Positions 28,303 to 38,956 are shown, counted from the first letter of the stretch. The stretch is 64,000 nucleotides of DNA from Candidatus Caenarcanales bacterium (GCA_020050435.1 JAGVKQ010000020.1:140012-204011); one strand, 5' to 3'. Numbers and translations are program-made. Notes: generated by a model from the sequence alone, not told the origin.

Positions 28303-29442
28303 TCATACAGAAATTGATTTCAAATTCCAACTTTCCTCAAACTCATCAATCATACTTTGAATTATTGAGTCCCAATTTCCATTAGTTTCATTAAATATTT
28401 TTCTTTGTCTTTTACTACTAGTGCCACGCTTAAAAATATCATATATTTTATTTATTTCTGCTTCTGTACCAAGCTCTTTAATAGCAGGAGAGATTTCTTC
28501 TAAAATCTTTTCTACACCTTTTTGTACAGATATCGTGTTTCCAAAAGTATCTGTAATTAATTCTGCATCTAAACCATACCTTGCGGCACGCCATTTATTT
28601 TCACGAATTATATAAGATGGTAAATGTCCTATTTCATCCATAATTCTATATCTCTTAGCAAAGTGTGCAACTAAAGCCTGGATTAGAGATGCAATTGCAA
28701 TTACATCATCAAAAATTGGAATAGCATCACAGATACGAACCTCTATAGTTCCATAATCAGGATGAGGTCTTACATCCCACCAGATTTCTCTAATAGATTC
28801 TATCGTCCCTGCTTTTTTTAATACATAAACAAGCTCACTAAATTCTTCCCAATTATGCAACCTAAATGGAAGTCCAGTAGTAGGCAATGTTTCAAGAATT
28901 TTTACACGGTAGGATTCCATTCCAGAATCTCTTTTTACCCAGTAAGGTGAGCTAGTAGAAAGAGCAAGCAAATAAGGCAAATAATTCATTAGCGCTGACT
29001 TAACTGCAATAGCTTCATCACCACTTCTTACTCCTACATGAACATGAAGTCCAAAAATAAGCATTCTATTTACGGGCATTTGGATTTTATTTACCAAGTT
29101 CTGATATCTGGGAATAGGAGAAATCGTTTGCCTGGACCAATTAGAAGTAGGATGCGTACCAGCCATAGTAAGCTTCATACCAAATTTAGCTGCATGCTCA
29201 TGCAAAAGAGAAACATATTTTTTCAAATTTCCTTTTAGATCATGAATGGATTTACATGGGTCACTATTTATTTCTATAACTGATTCAAAAAGCTCATGTT
29301 TGTAATTATTTTGTCCTTCAAGACTTTTTAAAAGTGTAGATGTCCCAGAAATAAGCTCTCTAGTATTTTTATCAATGACTTGAAGCTCAAGCTCTACGCC
29401 AACAGAATGATCTTTTACTCCATTAAACTCAAGAATTTGCAT
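28303..29442 (-). CDS. YbdK/GCS2-family carboxylate-amine ligase
   Basis: VGVELELQ, GTHP, FGLHVHVG, WWDVRPHPDYGTIEVRICD. Confidence 0.9.
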   Translation of the reverse strand: MQILEFNGVKDHSVGVELELQVIDKNTRELISGTSTLLKSLEGQNNYKHELFESVIEINSDPCKSIHDLKGNLKKYVSLLHEHAAKFGMKLTMAGTHPTSNWSRQTISPIPRYQNLVNKIQMPVNRMLIFGLHVHVGVRSGDEAIAVKSALMNYLPYLLALSTSSPYWVKRDSGMESYRVKILETLPTTGLPFRLHNWEEFSELVYVLKKAGTIESIREIWWDVRPHPDYGTIEVRICDAIPIFDDVIAIASLIQALVAHFAKRYRIMDEIGHLPSYIIRENKWRAARYGLDAELITDTFGNTISVQKGVEKILEEISPAIKELGTEAEINKIYDIFKRGTSSKRQRKIFNETNGNWDSIIQSMIDEFEESWNLKSISV

Positions 29443-29458
29443 AGAAAATATTTTAACA

Positions 29459-30754
29459 CTATGTCATGATCATCGTATCGGGACTATATTCAAATTGTAT
29501 TCCTGACAAATGAACAACATCGCCTTCTTTAGCTCCATGTTTAGCCAATTCAGTAAAAACACCAATTTTTTTAAGTATTCTCATAAGATGTCCAACTGAC
29601 TGATAGTCATTTAATTTAGCTACGGATACCAATCCATCTATTTTTTTGCCTTCTACATAAAACATTTGATTATCTTTATAGACAACATACTCATCTAACT
29701 TGTGATCAGTAGATTCAGGATCATAATATGTTTGTATTTCTACTTTTTCTTCTTTTGGATTTTTTTCCAAGAATTCAAACAATTCATTTAAAAGTTTATC
29801 TATGTTTTGTTTAGTAGCAGCAGAGATTAAAAGAGGTTTTAATTTTTTCTTTTTAAATCTATCTACAACTTCTTTCAATTCATCTTCTTGCATTAAATCA
29901 GTTTTATTTAAAACTAGCATTTGCTTTTTCTTAGCAAGAATTTTATTATACGCTTTTAATTCTTCCTGAATGGTTTCATAAGCTTCAATAGGATCAAAAC
30001 TATTTGATCCACTGGCATCTACTACATGTACTAAAAGTCTTGTTCTTTCTACATGGCGAATAAAATCATGTCCCAGTCCTGCTCCTTCTGATGCCCCTTT
30101 TATAAGTCCAGGAATATCAGCAATTACAAAACCATCTCCATTAGGTTTTTTTACTACACCAAGGTTCGGGACAAGAGTAGTAAAGTGATACTCAGCAATT
30201 TTTGGTTTGGCGGCACTAATTACACTAATCAATGTAGACTTTCCAGCACTAGGTACACCGATTATTCCAACTTCTGCAATTAACTTAAGTTCAAAGTCCA
30301 ACTCCCGTTCAATAGCAGGTTCGCCCGGTTCACAATAATGTGGAGCTTGTCTAGAACTAGTAGAAAAGTGTTGATTACCTCTACCTCCACGACCACCTTG
30401 TGCTAGTAAAATTTTTTGCTTGTGAACTACTAAATCTGCAATTATTTCACCAGTACTAGCATCTTTTACAATAGTTCCACATGGTACTTTTATAAGTAAA
30501 TCTTCTCCTGCTTTACCAGTTTTATTTTTATTCCCGCCTTTTTCACCATCTGTTGCTTTAAAAATTGCTCTATATTTAAAATCTAAAAGTGTGCCGAGGT
30601 TTTCATCAGCTTCAATATAAACGGTACCACCTCTTCCACCATCTCCACCAGCAGGTCCACCATTAGGCTCATATTTTTCACGTCTCCATGCCACAACACC
30701 ATTTCCACCTTTGCCGGAAGAAATCTTAATTTTAGCTGTGTCAATGAAGTTCAC
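29459..30754 (-). CDS. obgE: GTPase ObgE/CgtA
   Basis: Gly-rich Obg fold, GVPSAGKST, DIPG, NKTD; GTG start at 30754 (FID motif). Confidence 0.95.
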   Translation of the reverse strand: MNFIDTAKIKISSGKGGNGVVAWRREKYEPNGGPAGGDGGRGGTVYIEADENLGTLLDFKYRAIFKATDGEKGGNKNKTGKAGEDLLIKVPCGTIVKDASTGEIIADLVVHKQKILLAQGGRGGRGNQHFSTSSRQAPHYCEPGEPAIERELDFELKLIAEVGIIGVPSAGKSTLISVISAAKPKIAEYHFTTLVPNLGVVKKPNGDGFVIADIPGLIKGASEGAGLGHDFIRHVERTRLLVHVVDASGSNSFDPIEAYETIQEELKAYNKILAKKKQMLVLNKTDLMQEDELKEVVDRFKKKKLKPLLISAATKQNIDKLLNELFEFLEKNPKEEKVEIQTYYDPESTDHKLDEYVVYKDNQMFYVEGKKIDGLVSVAKLNDYQSVGHLMRILKKIGVFTELAKHGAKEGDVVHLSGIQFEYSPDTMIMT

Positions 30755-30771
30755 AGGTAATATGATAGCGT

Positions 30772-30795
30772 GTAGAGTCATTGCATGCAACGACT
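30772..30795 (+). repeat. REP-like palindrome
   Basis: gtag agtcattgcatgcaacgact. Confidence 0.6.
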
Positions 30796-30806
30796 GACAA
30801 GTTAAC

Positions 30807-32126
30807 CTACCCTAAAAATGAATAATCCATCTTACCAGTCTTCTCAAATCTATCTGCTAATTCCCTAATGGCATTAGCCACGTCTTTCATGAAAGCAGGT
30901 GTAGACTTATTTCCAATTCCTTTAAAATCACCTGCTTCAAAGTATAAAGTTTTAAAATCTTTCAGATAAGTATTAAATGAATCATTAGTTTTAGATCCTA
31001 ATTTTTCAAGGTTAGCAGCAAAGGCTCTCAGTTCTTGCGGAGTGTATTGTTTTTTATGTCTATCTTTAAAAATGGCTGAGTCAGTTTCTTTTTGTTTTAC
31101 AGCCATATCATTACCATGAAATAAAGACCCCGTTGGCTCTGGTCCAAAGTTTTTCAAAGCATCTTTAAAAAGATTTTTGAATGGATTTTTCTCAGAATTA
31201 GCAAGTGCCTTAAATAAATTATGTTTTTTGGCATTAGGACCGTAAGGTAAAAATGGTGGCTCAAAGTCAGAAGCTTTCAATCGCTTTGATGAATATGCAT
31301 CAAAACCAAAAAGAGAATCATGTAAAAGTCCATGAACGAACTTTTTATCTACATTTTTAAAACCTTCTTGACCATTGCTTTCTGAGCTGGCTTTCTTAAC
31401 TCCATTTGCTGTTAAAGCTTCACCATCACCCAATTTCTCAGCCATACCTCTTAGTTCATTAGCAACATTTTTTGGACTAAGATCTCCAAGTTTTTTTAAT
31501 TGACCGTTTAATCCTTTTGCATCTTTAAAAGCACTATCATCTTTATTAATTGTATTTTGATAAAAACCTATAAACTGTTTAAACTTTTTATTTGTGTCTG
31601 AACCTTCCTTTTCTAGTTCTTCTGCAAACTTCAATAAGTCTTCTTTAGAGATTTGTTTAATTTGATCATATTCTTCTCCATTTGCTGTATACCCTGTATG
31701 ATTTACGGTAGAACCTCCCGAAAGTCTACCAAGAAAGTCTTTACCTACTTTTCCTTTTATTCCATCTCCAGAAAATCTTAATTGATTCTTCTCCCCTTCA
31801 TCTAAGCCATCTTCAAGTTTAATTCCAAATGCTTCATTATCAAAATCAAATGCTTGTCCAAAAATCATTTCATTTAGAAATTTTTCATCTATTGGAGTGG
31901 GTTTAGCCTCAGCAGGCTTTTGACGCACTGTATCGAATCTAATTTGTGTCCTTTCTGATTCACCAGAACGCATTTGTTTTAGTTTTGTAAGATTGAAATT
32001 TTGTTTGTTTTTTAAAGCAGCACTTCTGTGATTATGAGATTTTGATTTTGTAGCAGGGTTATTACGCTGTCCTTGCATCTGATCAGATGTAATATTATTT
32101 TTATTTATATCGTTCTGAACAGCCAT
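30807..32126 (-). CDS. hypothetical protein with shared N-terminal leader and internal domain duplication
   Basis: FAEELEKEGSDTNKKF vs FAANLEKLGSKTNDSF; VANELRGMAEKL vs VANAIRELADRF. Confidence 0.8.
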   Translation of the reverse strand: MAVQNDINKNNITSDQMQGQRNNPATKSKSHNHRSAALKNKQNFNLTKLKQMRSGESERTQIRFDTVRQKPAEAKPTPIDEKFLNEMIFGQAFDFDNEAFGIKLEDGLDEGEKNQLRFSGDGIKGKVGKDFLGRLSGGSTVNHTGYTANGEEYDQIKQISKEDLLKFAEELEKEGSDTNKKFKQFIGFYQNTINKDDSAFKDAKGLNGQLKKLGDLSPKNVANELRGMAEKLGDGEALTANGVKKASSESNGQEGFKNVDKKFVHGLLHDSLFGFDAYSSKRLKASDFEPPFLPYGPNAKKHNLFKALANSEKNPFKNLFKDALKNFGPEPTGSLFHGNDMAVKQKETDSAIFKDRHKKQYTPQELRAFAANLEKLGSKTNDSFNTYLKDFKTLYFEAGDFKGIGNKSTPAFMKDVANAIRELADRFEKTGKMDYSFLG

Positions 32127-32268
32127 AGATTTATGGGTATTAAACAAGATAAAAGTTAAGACTAAGTTACATAATTATTTACATATAAATTAATTCATAG
32201 AGAATATTTTATTAGATTTCTCTAATATGCCACACACAAACCTAAATTATTTATTTTCACGGCAGCTA

Positions 32269-33555
32269 TTAACCAACACTATCTGTAGGGGTTAAGCTGT
32301 CTTTTATTGACCAACCAAAATGATAGAAATCCCAGTTTTCTCTGCTTCTAACATCACTTACCATAATTTTTGAATAGTCTACATTAAATTTTCTTTTATT
32401 CTCTTCTGCTAAAGCCATTAATCTCACTTCATCTTTTGTGAGATTTGTTTTATTAAGATCCAACTTATTCATTTTTCTATATGCAAGTAAGGCTTTACTT
32501 CCAGCTGAATTGCTATTTAGTTCTTTCGCTTTTATAGATCCAGCATTTTCAGTCATCCCTTTTAATTGAAAGAAAAATTCTTGTTTTTTAAAATTTGACA
32601 TTCCATGTGCTTTTAAAACCAAATGATCTTCAAATGAGAGTTCATTAGAGTATTTGCTCTTTCCTTTATCCTGCCTGTACTGCAGCATAGCATCGATAGC
32701 TTTTCCTTCATCTGCAGTTAGCTTTAATCTATCTTTCAGTTTACTTATGGTTGGTGAAGTATCAGTTTTTATATTACGACCAGGAGCAGATGAGCTCTGA
32801 GTAGGATTGTTATTGTTAGCGGGTTTAGCATTCTTAAGTCTAGCAGCAGACCATGATTTCCATTGTTTTTTAAATGACCCGACATTAACACCTTTCTCTT
32901 TTAAAATATCTTCGTCTAATTTATTCAAAGTACTAAAGTCAGTATCAAAACCCATTCCTTTTCTATATTTAAATAACTTATCAACTGTTGCCTCATGTTC
33001 TTTTGATAGTTTTAGTGATTTTTTAAAATCACTCCAGTCTTTATCCGACACAGAATTAGAATCATTATAGTCAGTGTATTTCATTCCTTCACGTTCAAAA
33101 CCATTACGGTCAACATTAATTTGAAAAACACCTCTTGCTTTTCCTTCAATGCCAAAATAGTTAGCTACGCTGTCCATTTCTGCATATATGCCGGTAGGAT
33201 CAGAAGATTTTCCTGGCGAATTAGATGAATTGGTTGAATTATTGTTTTGTAACCCTAAGGCTCCTCTTTGTGCTGGAGGAGAAGTTCTATTTGGAGTAGA
33301 CTGATTTGATTGTGCAGGCACAGAGCTTCCAGCATTTCCACTTTTTCCAGCAGGGACATCTGCTGGATTGTATGCACCTCTCTGAGCTGATGGAGAAGAA
33401 GATCGCATTTGATTTAATTTTGCAAAATTAGAATTTAGTTGTTGACTTAATGCTTTTTTAGGCTGCTGTTTTGGTTTTTTAGCAGAGTTTTTATACTGGC
33501 CTTTTATTTGGTCAGCAGCAATATTTTTATTATTTATATTGTTTTCAATAGACAT
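32269..33555 (-). CDS. hypothetical protein with shared N-terminal leader and helical repeats
   Basis: LKLSKEHEATVDKLFKYR vs LKLTADEGKAIDAMLQYR; low-complexity linkers. Confidence 0.8.
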   Translation of the reverse strand: MSIENNINNKNIAADQIKGQYKNSAKKPKQQPKKALSQQLNSNFAKLNQMRSSSPSAQRGAYNPADVPAGKSGNAGSSVPAQSNQSTPNRTSPPAQRGALGLQNNNSTNSSNSPGKSSDPTGIYAEMDSVANYFGIEGKARGVFQINVDRNGFEREGMKYTDYNDSNSVSDKDWSDFKKSLKLSKEHEATVDKLFKYRKGMGFDTDFSTLNKLDEDILKEKGVNVGSFKKQWKSWSAARLKNAKPANNNNPTQSSSAPGRNIKTDTSPTISKLKDRLKLTADEGKAIDAMLQYRQDKGKSKYSNELSFEDHLVLKAHGMSNFKKQEFFFQLKGMTENAGSIKAKELNSNSAGSKALLAYRKMNKLDLNKTNLTKDEVRLMALAEENKRKFNVDYSKIMVSDVRSRENWDFYHFGWSIKDSLTPTDSVG

Positions 33556-33638
33556 ACAAGCTCCGCATAAAGCCAAAACTATGGATAGAAATTTATGAAA
33601 TTCAATAGGATTAAAGTTAAGATTGGATTAAAATATCA

Positions 33639-34409
33639 TTAATTTTCTCTAACGTATTCATTTGCTATCTCAAAGACTTTTTTAAACATAGCTTTTGTAA
33701 GACGCCCTGTCTGCGTATTTTGCCTACTGGGATGATAACTTGCTATTAAAATGTGTGGCAAGCCTTTTTCATATATGGCTCCGTGAGAGAATTTGAAGTC
33801 TTTTTTTTGTAAGACGTCATTGCGAGGAGAGATCCCTCGCTCTGCTCGGGACAGGCTCCGCAATCTAATAGCGTTAGTAGATTGCCGCGTCGGCTCTTTC
33901 AGAACCTCCTCGCAATGACGTGCTGAGATTGCCCATTTAATGTACCCATCAAAAGCAATTTTTCCAAGAGCCACAACAACTTTTAAATCTTTCAAGAGTT
34001 TCAATTCTTCACCTAAATATGGAAAGCAATTATTCAATTCTTCCGGGGTAGGCTTGTTTTGAGGTGGAGCACACCTGCCAACTGCTGTTATATAACAATC
34101 TTTTAATTTAAATCCATCATTTATATCTATAGAATCAGGCTGATTACATAAACCTACTTCATGTAAAATTGGATACATAAAATTTCCAGAAGAATCACCT
34201 GTAAACATTCTCCCTGTCCTATTTGACCCAAATCTTCCAGGAGCAAGTCCTACAATTAAAATCTTTGCTTTCACATCTCCAAAGCTTGGAACAGGTTTAC
34301 ACCAATAAGACGGGAATTTTTCTCTTATCTCATCTATATACTCAACAAGGCGTGGACACTTTTTACAAGAAGTGATTTGATCATTGAGATCAGCAAGATT
34401 TTTTTTCAT
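33639..34409 (-). CDS. family 5 uracil-DNA glycosylase (UdgB-like) with an in-frame repeat insertion
   Basis: CKKCPRL, GLAPGRFGSNRTGRMFTGDSSG, CAPPQNKP, SYHPSRQNTQTGRLT. Confidence 0.9.
   Translation of the reverse strand: MKKNLADLNDQITSCKKCPRLVEYIDEIREKFPSYWCKPVPSFGDVKAKILIVGLAPGRFGSNRTGRMFTGDSSGNFMYPILHEVGLCNQPDSIDINDGFKLKDCYITAVGRCAPPQNKPTPEELNNCFPYLGEELKLLKDLKVVVALGKIAFDGYIKWAISARHCEEVLKEPTRQSTNAIRLRSLSRAERGISPRNDVLQKKDFKFSHGAIYEKGLPHILIASYHPSRQNTQTGRLTKAMFKKVFEIANEYVREN
33814..33921. repeat. 108-bp palindromic element inserted in frame in the UDG gene
   Basis: 16-bp perfect terminal IR acgtcattgcgaggag/ctcctcgcaatgacgt; encodes RHCEE...PRNDV. Confidence 0.85.
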
Positions 34410-34416
34410 AAGAAAA

Positions 34417-34441
34417 GAGCCATGCGGCCGCATGGCTCAAC
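34417..34441 (-). repeat. REP-like perfect palindrome
   Basis: gagccatgcggccgcatggctc (22 bp) with a GTTG foot on the minus strand. Confidence 0.6.
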
Positions 34442-34444
34442 GGA

Positions 34445-35578
34445 TTACCGTCTTTCAATAGGGCTGAAGTCTCTAGCTGGCTGTCCCACATAAATAGCAC
34501 GTGGTCTAATTAAGCGATTATCACTTAATTGTTCAAGTACGTGAGCTGACCAACCTGCTGTTCTGGAAAGAACAAAAATAGGTGTATATAAAGGAATAGG
34601 AATACCTAATAAATAATAAGCTACGGCAGAATAGAAATCTGCATTAGGGAAGATTCCTTTTTTCTCTTTAACTGTTTTTTCTACAGCTTCTGCAATTTCA
34701 AAAAGTTTTTGATTCCCTTTCATCTCTGCAAGCTCTTTTGCATACTTTTTCATAATAACTGACCTGCCATCACCTTTTTTATAAACTCTGTGACCAAATC
34801 CCATAATTTTTTCTTTTTTCTCAATCATGCTAGTAATGCCAGTTATAGCATCTTGAGGACTCTTAAATTTTAGAATCAATTCCATTGCAGCTTCATTAGC
34901 ACCACCATGGAGAGGTCCTTTTAACGTACCAATTCCTGAAGTCAAGGCTGAATAAATATCTGAAAGTGTAGACACTGTAACTCTAGCTGCAAAAGTAGAA
35001 GCATTTAATTCATGCTCTGCATAAAGAATTAAACTAGCATTCATTATTTTTTCTTCTAAAGGACTAGGATCTTTTCCTGTTACCATTTGTAGAAATCTAC
35101 CAGCATAAGTAAGATTTTTATTTACTTTAGGAAGGTCACCACCTTTGGATAGGTGATACCAACTCATAAGAGCAACTGGCAACTTTGCCATAATTGAATA
35201 AACTATTTGTTTTGTATCTTCTATAGAATATTGTCTGGCTTCTTCAAGAGCACCCATAAATGAAACTGATGTTCTAAGTACATCCATTGGACTGGATTTC
35301 AAAGGGATTAACTTTAAAACTTTTATTAAAGGCTTAGGAATTTTTCTTTCTTGAACTAGTAATTTTGTAATTCTTTTTAATTCTCTTTTTTTAGGAAGTC
35401 TTCCTTCTATTAAAAGATGAGCGACTTCTTCATACGTAGCGTTTTGAGATAAGTCTGTAGCGCTGTATCCCCTATAAAGTAAAGTTTCAGTATCTGGATT
35501 TATAGTACAAATTGAAGTAGTTCCTGCAACTACATCTTCTAAACCTTTTGAAAATTGTTCTGTCATTGTGGTTGACAT
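34445..35578 (-). CDS. prpC: 2-methylcitrate synthase
   Basis: LYAEHELNASTFAAR, GPLHGGANE, MGFGHRVY; clustered with prpB and prpD. Confidence 0.85.
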   Translation of the reverse strand: MSTTMTEQFSKGLEDVVAGTTSICTINPDTETLLYRGYSATDLSQNATYEEVAHLLIEGRLPKKRELKRITKLLVQERKIPKPLIKVLKLIPLKSSPMDVLRTSVSFMGALEEARQYSIEDTKQIVYSIMAKLPVALMSWYHLSKGGDLPKVNKNLTYAGRFLQMVTGKDPSPLEEKIMNASLILYAEHELNASTFAARVTVSTLSDIYSALTSGIGTLKGPLHGGANEAAMELILKFKSPQDAITGITSMIEKKEKIMGFGHRVYKKGDGRSVIMKKYAKELAEMKGNQKLFEIAEAVEKTVKEKKGIFPNADFYSAVAYYLLGIPIPLYTPIFVLSRTAGWSAHVLEQLSDNRLIRPRAIYVGQPARDFSPIERR

Positions 35579-35645
35579 ATTGCTCTCCTAAAATTAACCA
35601 AACTAATTTACCTGTCAGCCATGATAATCTATATTTTGATTTTTA

Positions 35646-36497
35646 TCAATCATTTTTTGTAATTTTTGCTTCTTGTTCATAATAATTTAGAAGCTTATAC
35701 AACTCTTCTCTAGTTTGCATGTGTCTAAGGATAGACGTCTGGCTACCCTCTTTTTTAATAGTGCGATACGTTTCCTCTACTGTTTTCATCATCATCCTAA
35801 ATGCTGTCAGAGGGAAAAGAACCATACGTACCCCTATTTGCTCAAACTCATAAACAGATATATATGGTGTCTTACCAAACTCTGTCATATTAGCTAATAC
35901 AGGAATTCTAAGTATATCCACAAACTTCTTGTATTCATCCTTACTCTCTAAAGCCTCAGCAAAAATAACATCAGCTCCAGCACTCTGATATTTTCTAGCC
36001 CTTTCAAGGGCATCATCAAATCCAATTACATTTCTGGAATCTACCCTAGCAATAATATAAAAATCAGGATTCTTTCTAGCCCTTACAGCAGATTGGATTT
36101 TTAAGACCATTTCGTCTGAAGATATAACTTCTTTTCCACTTCTATGACCACATCTTTTCGGAAAGACCTGATCTTCTAAATGGATAGCCATGGCACCAGC
36201 TTCTTCAAGCCTTTTTACACATTCTTCTACATTTCCAAAGCCCGTATCTGCGTCGACTAAAAGCGGCAATTCGTGAATTGCCGCTACTGATGTGATCCGT
36301 TTTACTTCCTGACAAACATCATCTAATGTCGTCAATCCTAAATCAGGCAAACCAAAACAACCAGTAGCAATACCAGAACCAGAAAGATATAAAGATGTCA
36401 TTCCAGTATCTTTTGCTACTAAAGCAGATGCTGCATTAAACACTCCAGGAATAATTACAGTTTTTTCTTGTTTTAAAAGCTGATGGAAGGATTTCAT
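35646..36497 (-). CDS. prpB: methylisocitrate lyase
   Basis: LPDLG, VDADTGFG, EDQVFPKRCGH, LANMTEFGKTP. Confidence 0.92.
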   Translation of the reverse strand: MKSFHQLLKQEKTVIIPGVFNAASALVAKDTGMTSLYLSGSGIATGCFGLPDLGLTTLDDVCQEVKRITSVAAIHELPLLVDADTGFGNVEECVKRLEEAGAMAIHLEDQVFPKRCGHRSGKEVISSDEMVLKIQSAVRARKNPDFYIIARVDSRNVIGFDDALERARKYQSAGADVIFAEALESKDEYKKFVDILRIPVLANMTEFGKTPYISVYEFEQIGVRMVLFPLTAFRMMMKTVEETYRTIKKEGSQTSILRHMQTREELYKLLNYYEQEAKITKND

Positions 36498-36507
36498 AAG
36501 GCCTCTT

Positions 36508-37878
36508 CTAATTTATCTCAGGAGTAACATTGTTTAAGTCGGAGGCCTTGTCTAAGCCTAAAATTATTTCTATCTGCTTATCAATCTTTTCTTTATCTAA
36601 ATGTGGCTCAGCCAACTTTCTAAACTTGTTAAAAATATCTTCACAAGCCATAGGATTTTTTGGATGCCCAAAAGGATGTAAAACTTCTTTTACTATCTTT
36701 TTTCCACTAAATAAATTAATTTCCAATCTGTTTCCAAAGCTTTTCGGATAATCTTCTGTATATTTCTGATCTTCTACTACTTTTATTTTTTTCATAAACT
36801 TAATCATGGAAGAATCACGATAATTTTTCTTATGAAAACTTTCATCAGATACATCGCCATCACGAAGTGCTATAGCCGTACAATATGGAAGACTGTGATC
36901 TGCTGTTTCTTTAGAAGTCGGTCTCCATTTTTCAGGCTCTGAACCAATGATCTGATAAGAAGCACCATGAGTGTAAACAACCATATCCTGGATTTCATCG
37001 ATTTTCAATCCATCGTTGTAAACCTTAATCGCTGCTTCCACTGCACTTTGGGCGTGATATTCGACTGGATAAGGTTTTATATATGTTTCAAGAATTTTTT
37101 TCGGTGCTTCACCTATTGCAGGAAGCTTTAAATCTATGGGTCCAGAAATCAATGTTTCAAATCCTCTTACTCCTTCAAAAATCGGAGCAGGTCCTGTCAT
37201 TCCTTCACTAGCTAATCTAGCTGCAAATAGTCCCTGGCGAGCAGCATTAGCAAATGCACACGCTTTCCACATGGACATCTCACCGACACGAGTCTGACGA
37301 GTAGCAATATTACAAACACCAGCTATGCCAAGTGCATTTTCTAACTGTTCTGGATTTAAATCCATCAATATAGCAGCACCACAGGCCACAGAAAAAGCAC
37401 CATAAGTTACATGATCTATTCCTTTAGCACGAAGTGATGCACCATCACAAAGCCTGCACTGAATTTCATATGCAATAGCAATCGCTAAAACAAGATCAAG
37501 TCCACTTTTTCCATAAGCCTGAGCACAAGCAATTAATGGAGCAATATTATCTGATGGGTGAGCTGGCTCCAAAGAAAGATAAGTATCATTGAAATCTAAA
37601 TATCTAACAAGTGATCCATTTGCAAAAGCAGCTTCTTCATAAAAAACATCTTTTCCTTTTCCAAAAAGAGGTGCTTTGTATTTTCCTTTAATTCTAGAAC
37701 AAGCTTTTAAAACAATTTTTGCAGCTTTAGAATCATAAGCACCAAAAGCACAGCCCAAACTATCAATGATTCTTCTTTTTACTTCATGAATAACTTCTTT
37801 TGGAAGTGATTCTTTTTTTACAGATAAAACATAATTTGAGATTTGAGAGGCTTTGTTTTTTGTTAATGTTTCTTGCAT
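36508..37878 (-). CDS. prpD: 2-methylcitrate dehydratase (MmgE/PrpD)
   Basis: RYLDFNDTY, HPSDN, ETADHSLPY, GHPKNPM. Confidence 0.92.
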   Translation of the reverse strand: MQETLTKNKASQISNYVLSVKKESLPKEVIHEVKRRIIDSLGCAFGAYDSKAAKIVLKACSRIKGKYKAPLFGKGKDVFYEEAAFANGSLVRYLDFNDTYLSLEPAHPSDNIAPLIACAQAYGKSGLDLVLAIAIAYEIQCRLCDGASLRAKGIDHVTYGAFSVACGAAILMDLNPEQLENALGIAGVCNIATRQTRVGEMSMWKACAFANAARQGLFAARLASEGMTGPAPIFEGVRGFETLISGPIDLKLPAIGEAPKKILETYIKPYPVEYHAQSAVEAAIKVYNDGLKIDEIQDMVVYTHGASYQIIGSEPEKWRPTSKETADHSLPYCTAIALRDGDVSDESFHKKNYRDSSMIKFMKKIKVVEDQKYTEDYPKSFGNRLEINLFSGKKIVKEVLHPFGHPKNPMACEDIFNKFRKLAEPHLDKEKIDKQIEIILGLDKASDLNNVTPEIN

Positions 37879-37903
37879 GAATAATATAATAGCAAAATTA
37901 TTC

Positions 37904-37927
37904 ACGTCATTGCGAGCCGAATGACGT
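37904..37927. repeat. collapsed remnant of the gtcattgcgag palindromic family
   Basis: acgtcatt gcgagccg aatgacgt. Confidence 0.6.
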
Positions 37928-37939
37928 TATGCGGAAGAA

Positions 37940-38893
37940 TTAACTACCTTGTTCTAATCCTGACTTAATACCATCTAAAACTTTACCAACATTAGCTCTA
38001 AAAATATCATAATTAGGTGTTTGCCCAGATGCAGCTTGTTGGACTTCATCAGTAATAAGTGCACTTAATCCAATATTTCTAACTCCATCTTTCACAATAG
38101 CTGAAATACTTTCTGCATCTGCTTTAATCCCACCAGTAACAACTGGAGTCGAAACGCCTGTTTTAAATCTTTCAACAGATTCTCTCAGTACACGCAATGA
38201 TCCTAATCCGTTTGCTCCAACTAGTTTTCCAATGCGAATTTGAGCTCCTTTATCAGCTTTGAGTAAAGCCGTCCAGAATTTTGTAGGTGTATCACGAGTA
38301 CTTCTATCATCAGCAACCAATGAAACTTCTCTAATTTGAATTTCGCGACTAAATGGTCCACCTAAAGCATCCACTAAACCTTTTGCCCCATTAGCGTCAA
38401 ATGGAAAAACTTTTACAATGGAGGGATTAGAGTCAAATCTCCTAGCTTGTCTTTCTAACTTATCTGCATCACTTAGATCACTAATAGCTGGAATAGCATT
38501 AATACGAGCTTCTGCTGCTGCTTGAAGAACATTAAAATAAGTCATAGGTGAAACTACAGTCTCAAAACCTCTACTTTTTGCTGTTTCTACATCTGTTTCA
38601 TAAAGAACTGATCCTACTGCAAAATTTTCAGGTCTTAAAGCGGTTCCAGCAGAATCAGTTCCAAAACCAGTAGATATAGCATTCACAGCATCCCAACTGT
38701 CTACTGCTCTAAGTACTGGTTCAATGACAAGTTTAACTCTACCTAGCAAACTTCTTTTCCCAGCTTCTTCATTAAAAATTTCAATAGCTCTATTTGATAG
38801 CTTTATAAGTTGCAAGCCACTTAATATTTTAGATTTAGAATTGAATCCAGTTACTGCAAAAACATTTACATTATTACTTATAACTAGTCCCAT
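37940..38893 (-). CDS. highly diverged KDPG/KHG aldolase-like protein with internal insertion
   Basis: VIEPVLR, AVGSVL, VVSP, VKVFP, VTGGI; strong SD. Confidence 0.6.
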   Translation of the reverse strand: MGLVISNNVNVFAVTGFNSKSKILSGLQLIKLSNRAIEIFNEEAGKRSLLGRVKLVIEPVLRAVDSWDAVNAISTGFGTDSAGTALRPENFAVGSVLYETDVETAKSRGFETVVSPMTYFNVLQAAAEARINAIPAISDLSDADKLERQARRFDSNPSIVKVFPFDANGAKGLVDALGGPFSREIQIREVSLVADDRSTRDTPTKFWTALLKADKGAQIRIGKLVGANGLGSLRVLRESVERFKTGVSTPVVTGGIKADAESISAIVKDGVRNIGLSALITDEVQQAASGQTPNYDIFRANVGKVLDGIKSGLEQGS

Positions 38894-38956
38894 AAATTTC
38901 TCCTTAAATAAATTAGAGAAAGTCTACCAATAATATATAAGAATGATCAATCTGTA

